Origin: Myxococcota bacterium
Lineage (GTDB): Bacteria; Myxococcota_A; UBA9160; SZUA-336
Direction: 5' to 3'
Assembly (NCBI GenBank): GCA_965247115.1
Contig: CBDFGR010000003.1
Location: 256,001-320,000 of the forward strand
DNA: 64,000 nucleotides
Shown here: positions 30,620 through 40,281 of the stretch, one piece after another
Layout of the letters: each line of letters opens with the position of its first letter
Numbering within the stretch: position 1 is the first letter of the stretch
Program-made: the position numbers and the translations under genes
Notes under the pieces: model-generated
The model's database searches: none
Seen by the model: only the letters and a program-made list of their open reading frames with translations
Told to the model about the DNA's origin: nothing

Positions 30620-31797
30620 CGCAATCCGATGCGGTCGGGCGCAACTTCCTCCCAGCCGTGGTTGTCCAGTCCGAATAGGTACTTGCCAGCCGACTCGTAG
30701 TGCACGGGCAGCGCGGCAGCGTGCTGCTTCGAAACGTGGACGTCGCGGAAGAAGCGCTCCAGGCGGTTGCCGTCGAAGATCGCGTTCGTTCCTGCCGCGT
30801 GAAAGACGATGTCGACGGCCCGAACCGCCTCGTGGACCGCATGGATGATCGCGAGGCGCAGCTGCACGATCGCTGGCAATGGGTCGCGCTCCCTGTCTTG
30901 CGCCGCCTCCCAGCCCGTGTGCAGGGCGTCTACGAGATAGGCACGCGCGGCGCTCACGATCGCCTCCGCCTGTCCGATCTGCGCCTGGACGGGAGGCCGG
31001 TCGCGGAGCAGGTCGGCCGACGCGGCAGAGGACTTCTGACTCGCTAGTCTGCAAAACTCGTCGATGGCGGCCCGGGCGATTCCCAGCGAAACTCCGGCGT
31101 TCAGCGACCAGCCCCAGAGGATCACGAATCGCCCCCGGTACAGCGGATCATCCACGGCATCGCGGCCGCCTCCCGGTCGATAGGCTCGCTCGCGCGGGAC
31201 GAATACATCGCGAACCTCGAAGTCGCGACTGGCCGTCCCGCGCATTCCAAGAACGTGCCAGGTATCGATGACCTTGCCCTCGGAGACGGGGATGTAGGTC
31301 ATGACTTCCGCGTCTGCGTCTTCCGCGGTGCAGGTCGCGAAGATCCAGTTCGAGTGGGTGACCCCACTGATGAAATTCCAGCGACCGCTGACGCGGTAGC
31401 CGCCCTCGACCTCGGTCGCGGTACCGAGCGAGCGGGCCGAGCCCGCGATCCTGACACGTCCGTCGGGGCCCTCCATCGCGCGGACCACGTCTTGCGGCAG
31501 CCAGCCAAAGACGGTGCTGATGGTCGAGGAGTTCATCGCGACCCAGCCAACCGACCCATCGGCCTTGGAGAGCTCCTCGACGACTCGGAGCGCCGTCAAC
31601 GGATGCGCTTGCTCGCCGCCGTGGCTCCTCGGCGCAAAGAGCATGAAGAGGTTGGCGGCGGCCATGGCATCGGCGAGATCTGGCGGGATCTGCCTCGCCT
31701 CATCGATGCGGTCCGCCAGAGCGAGGATCCGCGGGACGAGGGCCAGGGCCCGAGCCACGAGCTCCTCGTCGACTTCATCGAGCTCGGATCGCTTCAT
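30607..31797 (-). CDS. Acyl-CoA dehydrogenase-fold flavin-dependent hydroxylase (HsaA-like)
   Basis: GYRVSGRWNFISG, DTWHVLGMRGTAS, LERFFRDVH. Confidence 0.88.
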   Translation of the reverse strand: MKRSELDEVDEELVARALALVPRILALADRIDEARQIPPDLADAMAAANLFMLFAPRSHGGEQAHPLTALRVVEELSKADGSVGWVAMNSSTISTVFGWLPQDVVRAMEGPDGRVRIAGSARSLGTATEVEGGYRVSGRWNFISGVTHSNWIFATCTAEDADAEVMTYIPVSEGKVIDTWHVLGMRGTASRDFEVRDVFVPRERAYRPGGGRDAVDDPLYRGRFVILWGWSLNAGVSLGIARAAIDEFCRLASQKSSAASADLLRDRPPVQAQIGQAEAIVSAARAYLVDALHTGWEAAQDRERDPLPAIVQLRLAIIHAVHEAVRAVDIVFHAAGTNAIFDGNRLERFFRDVHVSKQHAAALPVHYESAGKYLFGLDNHGWEEVAPDRIGLRYRP

Positions 31798-31918
31798 GCG
31801 GAGAGATCGTACAACCAATTGTGGATCATATGGGGCCGACGGAACGTCCGCTTCTCGAGTCAATCGTAGAGCGAGCCCCTGTAAGCTACACGGTCAGAAG
31901 TCACGAGGAGCAAGTGAA

Positions 31919-34195
31919 GTGAGCTTCAAGCATCCGGCCGAAGAGAACTTCGGCGGCATCATCGGGCGCACCGTCAGTGAGTCCACCCCCTGGTGGCCCG
32001 AGGCTCGACTGCCGGCAGGAGCGCCGAACGTTGTAGTCGTCGTCCTGGACGACACGGGCTTCTCGCACTTCGGCTGCTACGGATCGACGATCGAGACCCC
32101 GAACGTGGATCGGCTAGCGGGCGACGGTCTGCGCTACACCAGCTTCCACACCACGGCCCTGTGTTCGCCGACGCGTGCCTGCCTGCTCACGGGCCGCAAC
32201 CACCACGCAGTTGGGATGCGTGCCATCTCGAACATGGACACGGGCTTCCCGAACATGCGCGGCGCCCTACCCCGGTCGGCCGGAACGCTCGCGGAGATCC
32301 TGCGCGAACAGGGCTACGCCACGTTCGCGACCGGTAAGTGGCACCTCGCGCCAATGGCGGAGTGCACGGCCGCCGGACCGTTCCACAACTGGCCGCTCCA
32401 GCGCGGCTTCGACCACTACTACGGCTTCCTGCAGGGCGAGACCGATCAGTTCCACCCGGAGCTGACGCGCGACAACCACTTCGTGGACCCTCCTGGCGCG
32501 GCCGAGGACGGCTACCACTTGTCGGAGGACATCGTCGATCGCACCATCGGCTACATCCGCGACCAGGTCTCGCTGGTGCCGGAGCGACCGTTCTTCGCGT
32601 ACCTGGCATTCGGCGCCACGCACTCGCCACACCAGGCGCCAAAGCCCTTCCTCGAGAAGTACCGGGGTCGCTTCGATCACGGCTGGGACGCGGTGCGCGA
32701 CGAGTGGTTCGCGCGCCAGCGCTCGCTCGGCGTGATTCCCGCGGGCACCGAGCTCGCGCCGCGCAACCCGGGCGTGAACGCGTGGAACAAGCTCTCGCCG
32801 AACGAGCGCCTGTTTGCCGCGCGCCTGCAGGAGGCCTTCGCCGCGATGCTCGACCACACCGATCAGCAGATCGGCCGGCTGGTGGACTTCCTGCGCTCCA
32901 TCGACAGGCTCGACGACACGCTGCTCATCGTCATGTCCGACAACGGCGCAAGCCAGGAGGGTGGCGCGGCCGGCGTGCTCGACGAGATGCGCTGGTTCAA
33001 CGGCATACCCGAGGACGTCGACGCCGCCGTGGCGCGCCTGGACGACATCGGTGGACCGAACAGCCACTCCAACATCCCCTGGGGCTGGGCGCAGGCCGGG
33101 AACACTCCGCTCAAGTGGTACAAGCAGAACACGCACGGCGGCGGAGTGCGCGATCCGCTGGTCATCCACTGGCCCGCGCGACTGGGTCGACCCGGCGCGT
33201 TTCGGCGCCAGTTCTGCCACGCAATCGACCTGGTCCCTACACTTCTGGAGCTGCTGCAGATCGAAGCGCCCGAGGTCGTTGCCGGGGTTCCGCAGCTGCC
33301 CATCCACGGCGCGAGTCTGGTTCCCACGCTGCATGACGAGAACGCGCCGCCGCGGCGCGGCGTGCAGTACTTCGAGATGCTCGGCCACCGCGGAATCTGG
33401 TCTGCTGGCTGGAAGGCCGTGACGCACCATCAGCCTCGCAGTCCGCTCGACGATGACCGCTGGGAGCTCTACCACCTGGACGAGGACTTCTCCGAATGCC
33501 GGGACCTGGCGGAGGCCGAGCCGGAGCGGCTCAAGGAGATGGTCGACCTGTGGTGGCGTGAGGCCGAGCAACACGGCGTGCTGCCAGTCGACGACCGCGG
33601 CGCCGGCTTGCTCTTCCGCGCTGCGCGCCGGCCCGGACTGCCGACTTCGCGCAGCCGCTTTGTCTACCACCCACCCGTGTCTCACATCGTGGCCGACGCC
33701 TGCCCGTCGGCAGCGCGAGGCTGGACCATGACGGTGGACCTGGAGCACCCAGCCGGCCGCGCGGACGGAGCTCTGGTGGCCCGAGGCAGCATCAACAGCG
33801 GCTTCGCGCTGTACCTGAAGCAGGGCTACGTGCGCTTCGACTACAACGAGTTCCACTCTCATACCCTCGTGAGCAGTGAAGCGGAGCTACTCGCCGGTCG
33901 TCACCATGTGGAAGTTCGGATCGAGCGCGACGGAGACGACAGCGGAAACGTGACGCTGTCCATCGACGGCCGGGTCTGCGGCCAGGGACGCATCCCTCGG
34001 CTGCTCAGGTTGCTCTCGAGCACCGGCATGGACCTGGGTCGAAGCCTCGCCCCCGTGACCGAGGACTACGAGGCGCCGTTCGAGTACCCCGGCCGCATCC
34101 ATACCGTGACCTTCGAGATTCCAGAGCGCCGCGGAGAGCCCGACGCGAGAGCCGACGCCGAGGCCCAGGGCCGCGCTGCCATGACCCGACAGTAA
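31919..34195 (+). CDS. Arylsulfatase (formylglycine-dependent, AtsD-like)
   Basis: LDDTG, CSPTRACLLTGR, GKWHL, SDNGAS. Confidence 0.95.
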   Translation: MSFKHPAEENFGGIIGRTVSESTPWWPEARLPAGAPNVVVVVLDDTGFSHFGCYGSTIETPNVDRLAGDGLRYTSFHTTALCSPTRACLLTGRNHHAVGMRAISNMDTGFPNMRGALPRSAGTLAEILREQGYATFATGKWHLAPMAECTAAGPFHNWPLQRGFDHYYGFLQGETDQFHPELTRDNHFVDPPGAAEDGYHLSEDIVDRTIGYIRDQVSLVPERPFFAYLAFGATHSPHQAPKPFLEKYRGRFDHGWDAVRDEWFARQRSLGVIPAGTELAPRNPGVNAWNKLSPNERLFAARLQEAFAAMLDHTDQQIGRLVDFLRSIDRLDDTLLIVMSDNGASQEGGAAGVLDEMRWFNGIPEDVDAAVARLDDIGGPNSHSNIPWGWAQAGNTPLKWYKQNTHGGGVRDPLVIHWPARLGRPGAFRRQFCHAIDLVPTLLELLQIEAPEVVAGVPQLPIHGASLVPTLHDENAPPRRGVQYFEMLGHRGIWSAGWKAVTHHQPRSPLDDDRWELYHLDEDFSECRDLAEAEPERLKEMVDLWWREAEQHGVLPVDDRGAGLLFRAARRPGLPTSRSRFVYHPPVSHIVADACPSAARGWTMTVDLEHPAGRADGALVARGSINSGFALYLKQGYVRFDYNEFHSHTLVSSEAELLAGRHHVEVRIERDGDDSGNVTLSIDGRVCGQGRIPRLLRLLSSTGMDLGRSLAPVTEDYEAPFEYPGRIHTVTFEIPERRGEPDARADAEAQGRAAMTRQ

Positions 34196-34213
34196 TCACT
34201 CCGGCCCTGCCGG

Positions 34214-34254
34214 GCTCTGAAAAGTTCGGATCGAGGACCGTCCCCAAGTTCGGT
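34214..34254. repeat. Short dispersed intergenic repeat, copy 1
   Basis: GCTCTGAAAAGTTCGGATCGAGGACCGTCCCCAAGTTCGGT; near-identical inverted copy at 42380-42420. Confidence 0.8.
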
Positions 34255-34262
34255 GGTTGAGA

Positions 34263-35507
34263 TCAGGCGGGGCGGAGTTTGTAGCGGATCGGGAGGTGTT
34301 TGATACCGCCGATCTGGTTGTTGCGGAGGCGTTCGGGGGGGCCGGCCAGCTCGATCGTGTCGAGGCGCGGGAGCAGGTACTGGTAGGCCACCTGCAGCTC
34401 CAGGCGGGCGAGGTGCGCGCCAAGGCAGAAGTGCTCGCCAATGCCGAAGGCCAGGTGGCGATTCGGTTGGCGATCGATCCGGAAGGTGAATGGATCCTCG
34501 AAGACCTCCTCGTCGCGGTTGGCGGACGGGTAGAACAAGACGAGCGCGTCACCGGCGGCAATCGTCTTGTCGCGCAGCGGGTATTCCTTCTGAGCCGTGC
34601 GGGCCATGTGGACGACCGGGTTCGTCCAGCGTAGAACCTCCTCGACCGCTGGCTTGAGCAGGCTCGGATCACGCTGCAAGCGCCGCAGCTCGCCAGGATT
34701 CTCGGCGAAGGCAGCGATCCCGCCGGTCGTGGCGTTGCGCGTGGTCTCGTTGCCGGCAAGGACGATCAGGAAGCACCAGCGGAGCAGCTCGTGCTGGTCG
34801 AGCGGCTCCCCATCTACCTCGGCCTGGGTCAGGACGCTGATGATGTCGTCTTGCGGGCTCTTGCGTTTGTCCTCTAGCAGGGCCGAGAAGTAGTCGACGA
34901 TCTCACGCTGCGCCGCGAGCGCGGTCTCCCTGCCGCTCTTCCCTTCGTCGCGGTACTCCGGATCGCCGCCACCAATCGTGCGATTTGTCCAGTGAAAGAG
35001 CAGCTTCCAGTCAGAGCGCGGAACGCCGAGCATCCAGGCGATCACGGCAATCGGGAGCGGCGCGGAGACATGCTCCACAAAGTCGCACTCCCCGCTCTCA
35101 CCGCGCTCGAGCAACGCATCCACGATCTCCTTCCCGATCCTGTGGATGTCCGGGTGGAATCGCTTGAGCGCGTTCGGTGTGAAGCGCTTGTTCACCAGCT
35201 TTCTCCAGATTCCGTGCTTTGGCGGGTCCTGGTCGATCAGCGTCACGGACAGAACGTCAGGATCCTCGTCCTCCGGTCGGTGCCGCATTCCGAACCGAGG
35301 CGTGTTGGTGAAGAGGTCCGGCTGCTTGGAGAGCTCGACGATGTCCGCGTGCTTGGTGATCGCCCAGAACGGAAGCCCACGCGTGCGGTCCCACCAGTGC
35401 ACCGGGTCGTTCTCGCGCATCCACGTCCAGGCCTCGTGCGGGTAGCCCCGGGCGAAGTCGTCGGGGTCGATGATGCTGTCGGCGTACGGAATCACTGGCG
35501 CCGTCAT
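34263..35507 (-). CDS. Cytochrome P450
   Basis: DPPKH, AGNETT, EEVLR, FGIGEHFCLG. Confidence 0.96.
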   Translation of the reverse strand: MTAPVIPYADSIIDPDDFARGYPHEAWTWMRENDPVHWWDRTRGLPFWAITKHADIVELSKQPDLFTNTPRFGMRHRPEDEDPDVLSVTLIDQDPPKHGIWRKLVNKRFTPNALKRFHPDIHRIGKEIVDALLERGESGECDFVEHVSAPLPIAVIAWMLGVPRSDWKLLFHWTNRTIGGGDPEYRDEGKSGRETALAAQREIVDYFSALLEDKRKSPQDDIISVLTQAEVDGEPLDQHELLRWCFLIVLAGNETTRNATTGGIAAFAENPGELRRLQRDPSLLKPAVEEVLRWTNPVVHMARTAQKEYPLRDKTIAAGDALVLFYPSANRDEEVFEDPFTFRIDRQPNRHLAFGIGEHFCLGAHLARLELQVAYQYLLPRLDTIELAGPPERLRNNQIGGIKHLPIRYKLRPA

Positions 35508-35525
35508 GAGCTGACCCTCCTGTGG

Positions 35526-36476
35526 CTATGGTACGTCGACGATGTCGCCTTTGGGGCCCTCGTGGTGGGGATGGCGCTCGTGGGGCGCCTGGACCGGGTC
35601 TCCGGAGACAGGCACGGTCCTGGCGAGGAAGTCGATCACCGCACCGGAGAAGATATCGTTGCGATCGCCCGCCACCATGTGGGCCGCATCGGTCACGTTC
35701 ACGTACTCGCTGTGAGGACACAGCTCCTGGAAGCTCTTTGCCCCCTCCTCGGAGAGGATGTCAGATAGGCCGCCGCGGACGAGCAGCGTTGGCAGGGTCA
35801 GGTTGCGAGCGCAGGCTTCCAGGTGATCCTGTCGCTTGTGAAGCCTGCGCTTGCCGTCGAGGAAAGCCGGGTCCCAGTGCCAGCGGTAGCGGCCGTCCGC
35901 TCCGAGCCGGACGTTCTTGGCCAGACCGTCGGTGCTGCGCGGCCGCGGCCGGTGGGGTTGATAGCTCGCGATCGCATCCGCGACCTCGTCGAGCGATGCG
36001 AAGCCCTCGGGTCGCTGACGCATGAAGTGCATGATCCGGTCCGCACCGGCCTGCTCGATCCTCGGTGCGATGTCGACCAGCACGAGCGCCGTCGCATCGA
36101 CGCGGTCCTCCCCGAGCGCGTGCAAGCTCACGCCACCTCCCATGGAGGCGCCGACCAGCACGGGACGCGTCCCGCCAAACGCACGGATGACGTGGTCGAG
36201 GTCCCGGACCATGGCCTCCTGGCCGTAGTCGCCGTCTGCAACCCAGCCGGAGTCTCCGTGTCCCCTCGCGTCGAACGCTACCGCGTGATACCCGGCCTTA
36301 CCCAGGATCTGGCCCGTGCCCTTCCAGGCGTGACGGGTCTGCCCACCTCCGTGCTGGAGCAGCACGAGTGGACCCGCGGGATCCCCCCACGCGTCCCCCG
36401 CGATCGTGACGCCGTCGGACCCCGGCCACTGGTGCATCGGATCCGGCGTGCCGGGCAGTCGCTCGCCGGCACTCAT
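35526..36476 (-). CDS. Alpha/beta hydrolase (esterase-like)
   Basis: HGGGQT, DARGHG, GASMGG, AAHMVAGD; ATGA overlap with the BVMO stop. Confidence 0.92.
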   Translation of the reverse strand: MSAGERLPGTPDPMHQWPGSDGVTIAGDAWGDPAGPLVLLQHGGGQTRHAWKGTGQILGKAGYHAVAFDARGHGDSGWVADGDYGQEAMVRDLDHVIRAFGGTRPVLVGASMGGGVSLHALGEDRVDATALVLVDIAPRIEQAGADRIMHFMRQRPEGFASLDEVADAIASYQPHRPRPRSTDGLAKNVRLGADGRYRWHWDPAFLDGKRRLHKRQDHLEACARNLTLPTLLVRGGLSDILSEEGAKSFQELCPHSEYVNVTDAAHMVAGDRNDIFSGAVIDFLARTVPVSGDPVQAPHERHPHHEGPKGDIVDVP

Positions 36477-38395
36477 GACTGACGCGGCTCCGTGATGAAC
36501 TCGGAGAGATCGGCGGGGCTCGTCATGTGGAAGAGGTCGACGTTGCGGAACGGGAAGTTCACCACGACCCTTCCGCGCGCGTTCCGGTAGTAGGTCTCCA
36601 TTCCCTTGTGGGTCCAGACCATGTTCTCGTGGGCGCGGTCGACTCGCTCGTTGTACGCATCGTGAACGTCGGTGCGACACTCGACGGCACCGATCCCCTG
36701 GCTGAGCATCTTCGCGAGAACGTTCATGATGTACCGCATCTGCATCTCGATCACGAAGATCAGGCTGCCGCCGTGGCCGGGTTGCGTGTTGGGGCCGTAC
36801 AGACAGAAGAAGTTCGGGAAGTCGGGAATCGCAAGGCCCAGGTAGGCCCGGGCGTCATCGTCGTCCCAGACCTCGCGAAGGCTGCGACCCGAGCGACCGT
36901 GGGCCTCGAACGCAGTGAGGAAGCGCAGGACGTCGAAGCCGGTCGCCAGGACGAGTACGTCCGCCGGGTGCTCAGACCCGTCCTGCGTGATCACCCGGTC
37001 CGGTCCGATCTCGGAAACCGGGTCGGTGACCAGCTCCACACGGGGATTCCTCAGCATCCGGTACCAGCCGTTGTCCAGCAGCATCCGCTTGCCGAAGGGG
37101 GGATAGCTGGGAACCACCACGTCTATGAGCTCCGTCCTGTCGCCGAGCTCGGACTCGATGTACTGGGTGAAGTACGCCCGGTGCGCATCGTTGAGCGCGT
37201 TCAGCGAGCGGTCGGGGTGGTGCCAGGACGGGTCCTTCTGCAGCGCGGGATGAATCCGGTCGTTGAAGGTCCAGCCCAGACGCATGCGGTACCAAGCCTG
37301 GTAGAGCGGAACCTCTCGGAGCAGGAACTGGACGGCTTCCGGGACCACCCTGCGGAACTGCTCGAAGGGCGCCGCCCAGTGCACCGAGCGCTGGAAGATC
37401 GTGAGCGATGCCACCGTGTCCTGGATCTCGGGACCCACCTGCATGGCACTCGCACCGTTGCCGATGATCGCCACGTGCTTCCCCTCGAGGTCGAGGTCGG
37501 CGGGCCACTCCGCGGTGTGGAAGGATGGACCCTCGAAGCGCTCGAGCCCGTCGATGGCGGGGAGCACGATCGGGTTGAAGATCCCCGTGGCGCTGATCAA
37601 GACGTTTGCGCGCTGTGTCTCGCGGGAGCCGTCGGGGTTGCGTACGACGACGGCCCAGCGCTGCGCCTCTTCCTCGTAGGCCGCCGACTCGACCTCGGTC
37701 TCGAAGCTGATGCTCGATCGCAGGGCGAATCGGTCGACGACATGCTCCAGATAGGCGTGAAGCTCGTCTCGCAGCGCAAAGTACTTGGTCCAGTCGTAGC
37801 TGGCGAACGAGAACGAGTAGAGGTGGTTCGGGGTGTCGACGCCGGCGCCAGGATAGCGGTTGTCGCGCCACGTCCCCCCCACCGTCGTACTCTTCTCGAG
37901 AATGCGGAACGGAATGCCGGCACGCTGAAGGTTCACGGCTGCGCACAGCCCTGACACGCCGGCACCGATGATGAGGACCTGGAACCCGTCCGGCACGGCG
38001 ACCCTCTGGACGGATTCCAGCCAATCGGAGCCGAGCTGCGCCGCGACCATCGGGGCGTACTCCGAGGGGATCTTCTCTCCCATCGCGCAGCTCAGCATCT
38101 TCAGGCGGAGCTCCGCCGACGGCTCGGGAATCGCCACGGGACAGCCCGCGCGCCAGGCGAGGATTGCCTCGAGGGCCGCCTTGCGAATCTCGGCCTGGAC
38201 CGGCTCGGGAAGCCCTCCGGTGTCGTTGTCCCCCACGCCCCGGGTCCGCAAAGGCTGGTACGGCTCCTCCAACCAGTGCAGGTCCCCCGTCAGCTGAACG
38301 AGCACCATCAGCAGTGTCGGGAGGTTCCCAATGGCGACAGCCTCGGCAAGCAGCTCGTCGTCCGGTCGGCTCTCGGGTTTCCTCTGCTCTGCCAC
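36473..38395 (-). CDS. Baeyer-Villiger monooxygenase with N-terminal extension (4-hydroxyacetophenone monooxygenase-like)
   Basis: PTLLMVLVQLTGD extension, GAGVSG, GGTWRDNRYPG, FEGPSFHTAEWP, GKRMLLDNGW. Confidence 0.92.
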   Translation of the reverse strand: MAEQRKPESRPDDELLAEAVAIGNLPTLLMVLVQLTGDLHWLEEPYQPLRTRGVGDNDTGGLPEPVQAEIRKAALEAILAWRAGCPVAIPEPSAELRLKMLSCAMGEKIPSEYAPMVAAQLGSDWLESVQRVAVPDGFQVLIIGAGVSGLCAAVNLQRAGIPFRILEKSTTVGGTWRDNRYPGAGVDTPNHLYSFSFASYDWTKYFALRDELHAYLEHVVDRFALRSSISFETEVESAAYEEEAQRWAVVVRNPDGSRETQRANVLISATGIFNPIVLPAIDGLERFEGPSFHTAEWPADLDLEGKHVAIIGNGASAMQVGPEIQDTVASLTIFQRSVHWAAPFEQFRRVVPEAVQFLLREVPLYQAWYRMRLGWTFNDRIHPALQKDPSWHHPDRSLNALNDAHRAYFTQYIESELGDRTELIDVVVPSYPPFGKRMLLDNGWYRMLRNPRVELVTDPVSEIGPDRVITQDGSEHPADVLVLATGFDVLRFLTAFEAHGRSGRSLREVWDDDDARAYLGLAIPDFPNFFCLYGPNTQPGHGGSLIFVIEMQMRYIMNVLAKMLSQGIGAVECRTDVHDAYNERVDRAHENMVWTHKGMETYYRNARGRVVVNFPFRNVDLFHMTSPADLSEFITEPRQS

Positions 38396-38507
38396 CCCAG
38401 TCCCTCCCTCTGTTCGGGCCCGTTGCACCCAGCCTAGGCAATGCCGGGTGTCGGATACAAGTTGGTGCCAGGCTCCTGACGCAGGCGTTTCCGTCTACAA
38501 TGGCGCC

Positions 38508-39272
38508 ATGGATCTCGCGGCACTTGTCGAACGCCTGTCCGAAGCCCGGCAGACGGGCGACCACGCCCCCGACTGGCTCAACGGAGCGCTGACCCTCGAG
38601 CAGGCACTGGACGTGCAGCTCGGGCTGCTCGAGCGCAAGCTGGCGGAGGGTGATTCGCTCGCGGGCTGGAAGGTCGGGCTCACCTCGGAGCGCGCGCGCA
38701 CGGCGCTGGGTGTGGACGAGCGTCCCTTCGGGTACGTGCTCACCAGTCGGGTGCAGAAGAGCGGCGCGCGCTTGCGGATTGCCGAGATCGCGCGTCCCGC
38801 GATCGAGGCCGAGATGTGCTTCACGATCGGGCGCCGCATCCAGGGCGACCACGTCAGTCGTGACGAGATCGCGGGCTCGGTGGCTCGCGTCGCCGCCGGG
38901 TACGAGCTCAACGAGCGCCGGCCCGGCTCGGCACGTCCGGACTTCTGCGCGATGGTCACGGACTGCCTTTCCCAGTGGGGGATCGTCGAGGGCGAGGGCC
39001 TCGAGCTTGCAGACGCCGGGGACCTGGGCGCTGTGCGCTGTACGCTGACGCGCAACGGCGAGCAGGTCTACACGGGCCTGAGTCGGGACGAGCTCGATGA
39101 CCACCTGAATTCGCTCTCCCGGCTGGCGGCGGTGCTCTCCGAGCACGGCCGCGCCCTCGAGCCCGGACAAAAGGTGATCACGGGTGCCTTTGCTCGCTTT
39201 GAAACAGGGCCGGGCCAGCACTGGCGAGCCGACTACGAGGGGATCGGCCGCGTGGAGGTCACGTTCGAGTGA
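38508..39272 (+). CDS. 2-keto-4-pentenoate hydratase-like (FAH superfamily)
   Basis: GWKVGLTS, GVDERPFG, IEAEMCF, LEPGQKVITG. Confidence 0.88.
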   Translation: MDLAALVERLSEARQTGDHAPDWLNGALTLEQALDVQLGLLERKLAEGDSLAGWKVGLTSERARTALGVDERPFGYVLTSRVQKSGARLRIAEIARPAIEAEMCFTIGRRIQGDHVSRDEIAGSVARVAAGYELNERRPGSARPDFCAMVTDCLSQWGIVEGEGLELADAGDLGAVRCTLTRNGEQVYTGLSRDELDDHLNSLSRLAAVLSEHGRALEPGQKVITGAFARFETGPGQHWRADYEGIGRVEVTFE

Positions 39273-40264
39273 GCGAGCTGCAGATCGACGGACCCGTCAC
39301 CATCCAGGTCATCCTCGGGCTCACACTGCCAGAGATCAGCGACAGGGATCTCGCGCGGATCCGCGCCGTGGCGCCTGCGGGCTCCAGCGTTTGCGTGGAA
39401 CGCGGCATCCGTGCGGCGATCGCCAGCGCCGAGGACGTGGAGATCATCCTTGGCTTCATTCCGGAGGCGCTGTTCAATGCGGCGCCGCGACTGCGCTGGG
39501 TCCACGCGATTGCGTCGGGAATGGACATGTTCCTGTATCCCGCCATGCGCGATTCGGAGGTCGTGCTGAGCGGCGAGAAGGGGCTCGTCGGCGGTCACCT
39601 GGCAGACACCGGATTCGGGCTGCTGCTCGCGCTCACGCGCCAGATCGCCACCGCGATGCGACTCGGACCCGAAGGCTGGAACCAGCGCGAGGCGATGCGC
39701 AAGCTCGAGATCGAGCTCGAGGGCTTGACCATGGGCGTGATCGGCTTCGGCGGTACGGGCCGCGCCCTCGCGCGCCGTGCGGTCGCCTTTGGCATGGACG
39801 TGCTCGCGGTCGACGTTCGGGCCGTGCCCGCGTCGGACGGGGTCGACGAGGTGTGGACCATGGAGCGCCTGCCCGAGCTGCTCGCCGCATCCGACGTCGT
39901 CGCGATCGGCGCTCCGCTCACGCCCGAGACCCGCGGCCTGATCGACGACAAGGCCTTCTCCACCTTCAAGCGCGGGGCGCTGCTCTTGAACGTGACGCGC
40001 GGGGAGATCATCGACGGCGACGCGCTGGTAAGCGCGCTGCGCGACGGTCGCTGCGGGGGTGCCGCCCTCGATGTCGCGCCGATCGAGCCCCTGCCGCCCG
40101 AACATCCACTCTGGAGCTTCGACAACGTGGCGATGACCCCGCACACGGCCGGCGCGAGCCAGCTGCGCGCGCCGCGCAACATCGATCGTTTCTGCGAGAA
40201 CCTGGAGCGCGCGCAGAAGGGCGCGCCGCTCGTCGGAGTCGTTGACAAGCAGCTCGGCTACTAG
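39269..40264 (+). CDS. D-2-hydroxyacid dehydrogenase
   Basis: IGFGGTG, PLTPETRGLI, NVTRG, GAALDV, TPHTAG. Confidence 0.93.
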   Translation: MSELQIDGPVTIQVILGLTLPEISDRDLARIRAVAPAGSSVCVERGIRAAIASAEDVEIILGFIPEALFNAAPRLRWVHAIASGMDMFLYPAMRDSEVVLSGEKGLVGGHLADTGFGLLLALTRQIATAMRLGPEGWNQREAMRKLEIELEGLTMGVIGFGGTGRALARRAVAFGMDVLAVDVRAVPASDGVDEVWTMERLPELLAASDVVAIGAPLTPETRGLIDDKAFSTFKRGALLLNVTRGEIIDGDALVSALRDGRCGGAALDVAPIEPLPPEHPLWSFDNVAMTPHTAGASQLRAPRNIDRFCENLERAQKGAPLVGVVDKQLGY

Positions 40265-40281
40265 ACAGAGGGAGAGGGCCC

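Noticed and set aside
36972..39221. 749-aa ORF and similar long shadows (27427-29295, 4223-6013, 32267-33862, 10141-11655)
   Set aside because: They overlap motif-supported genes in other frames, are Arg/Gly/Pro-rich or antisense-like, and have no motifs.
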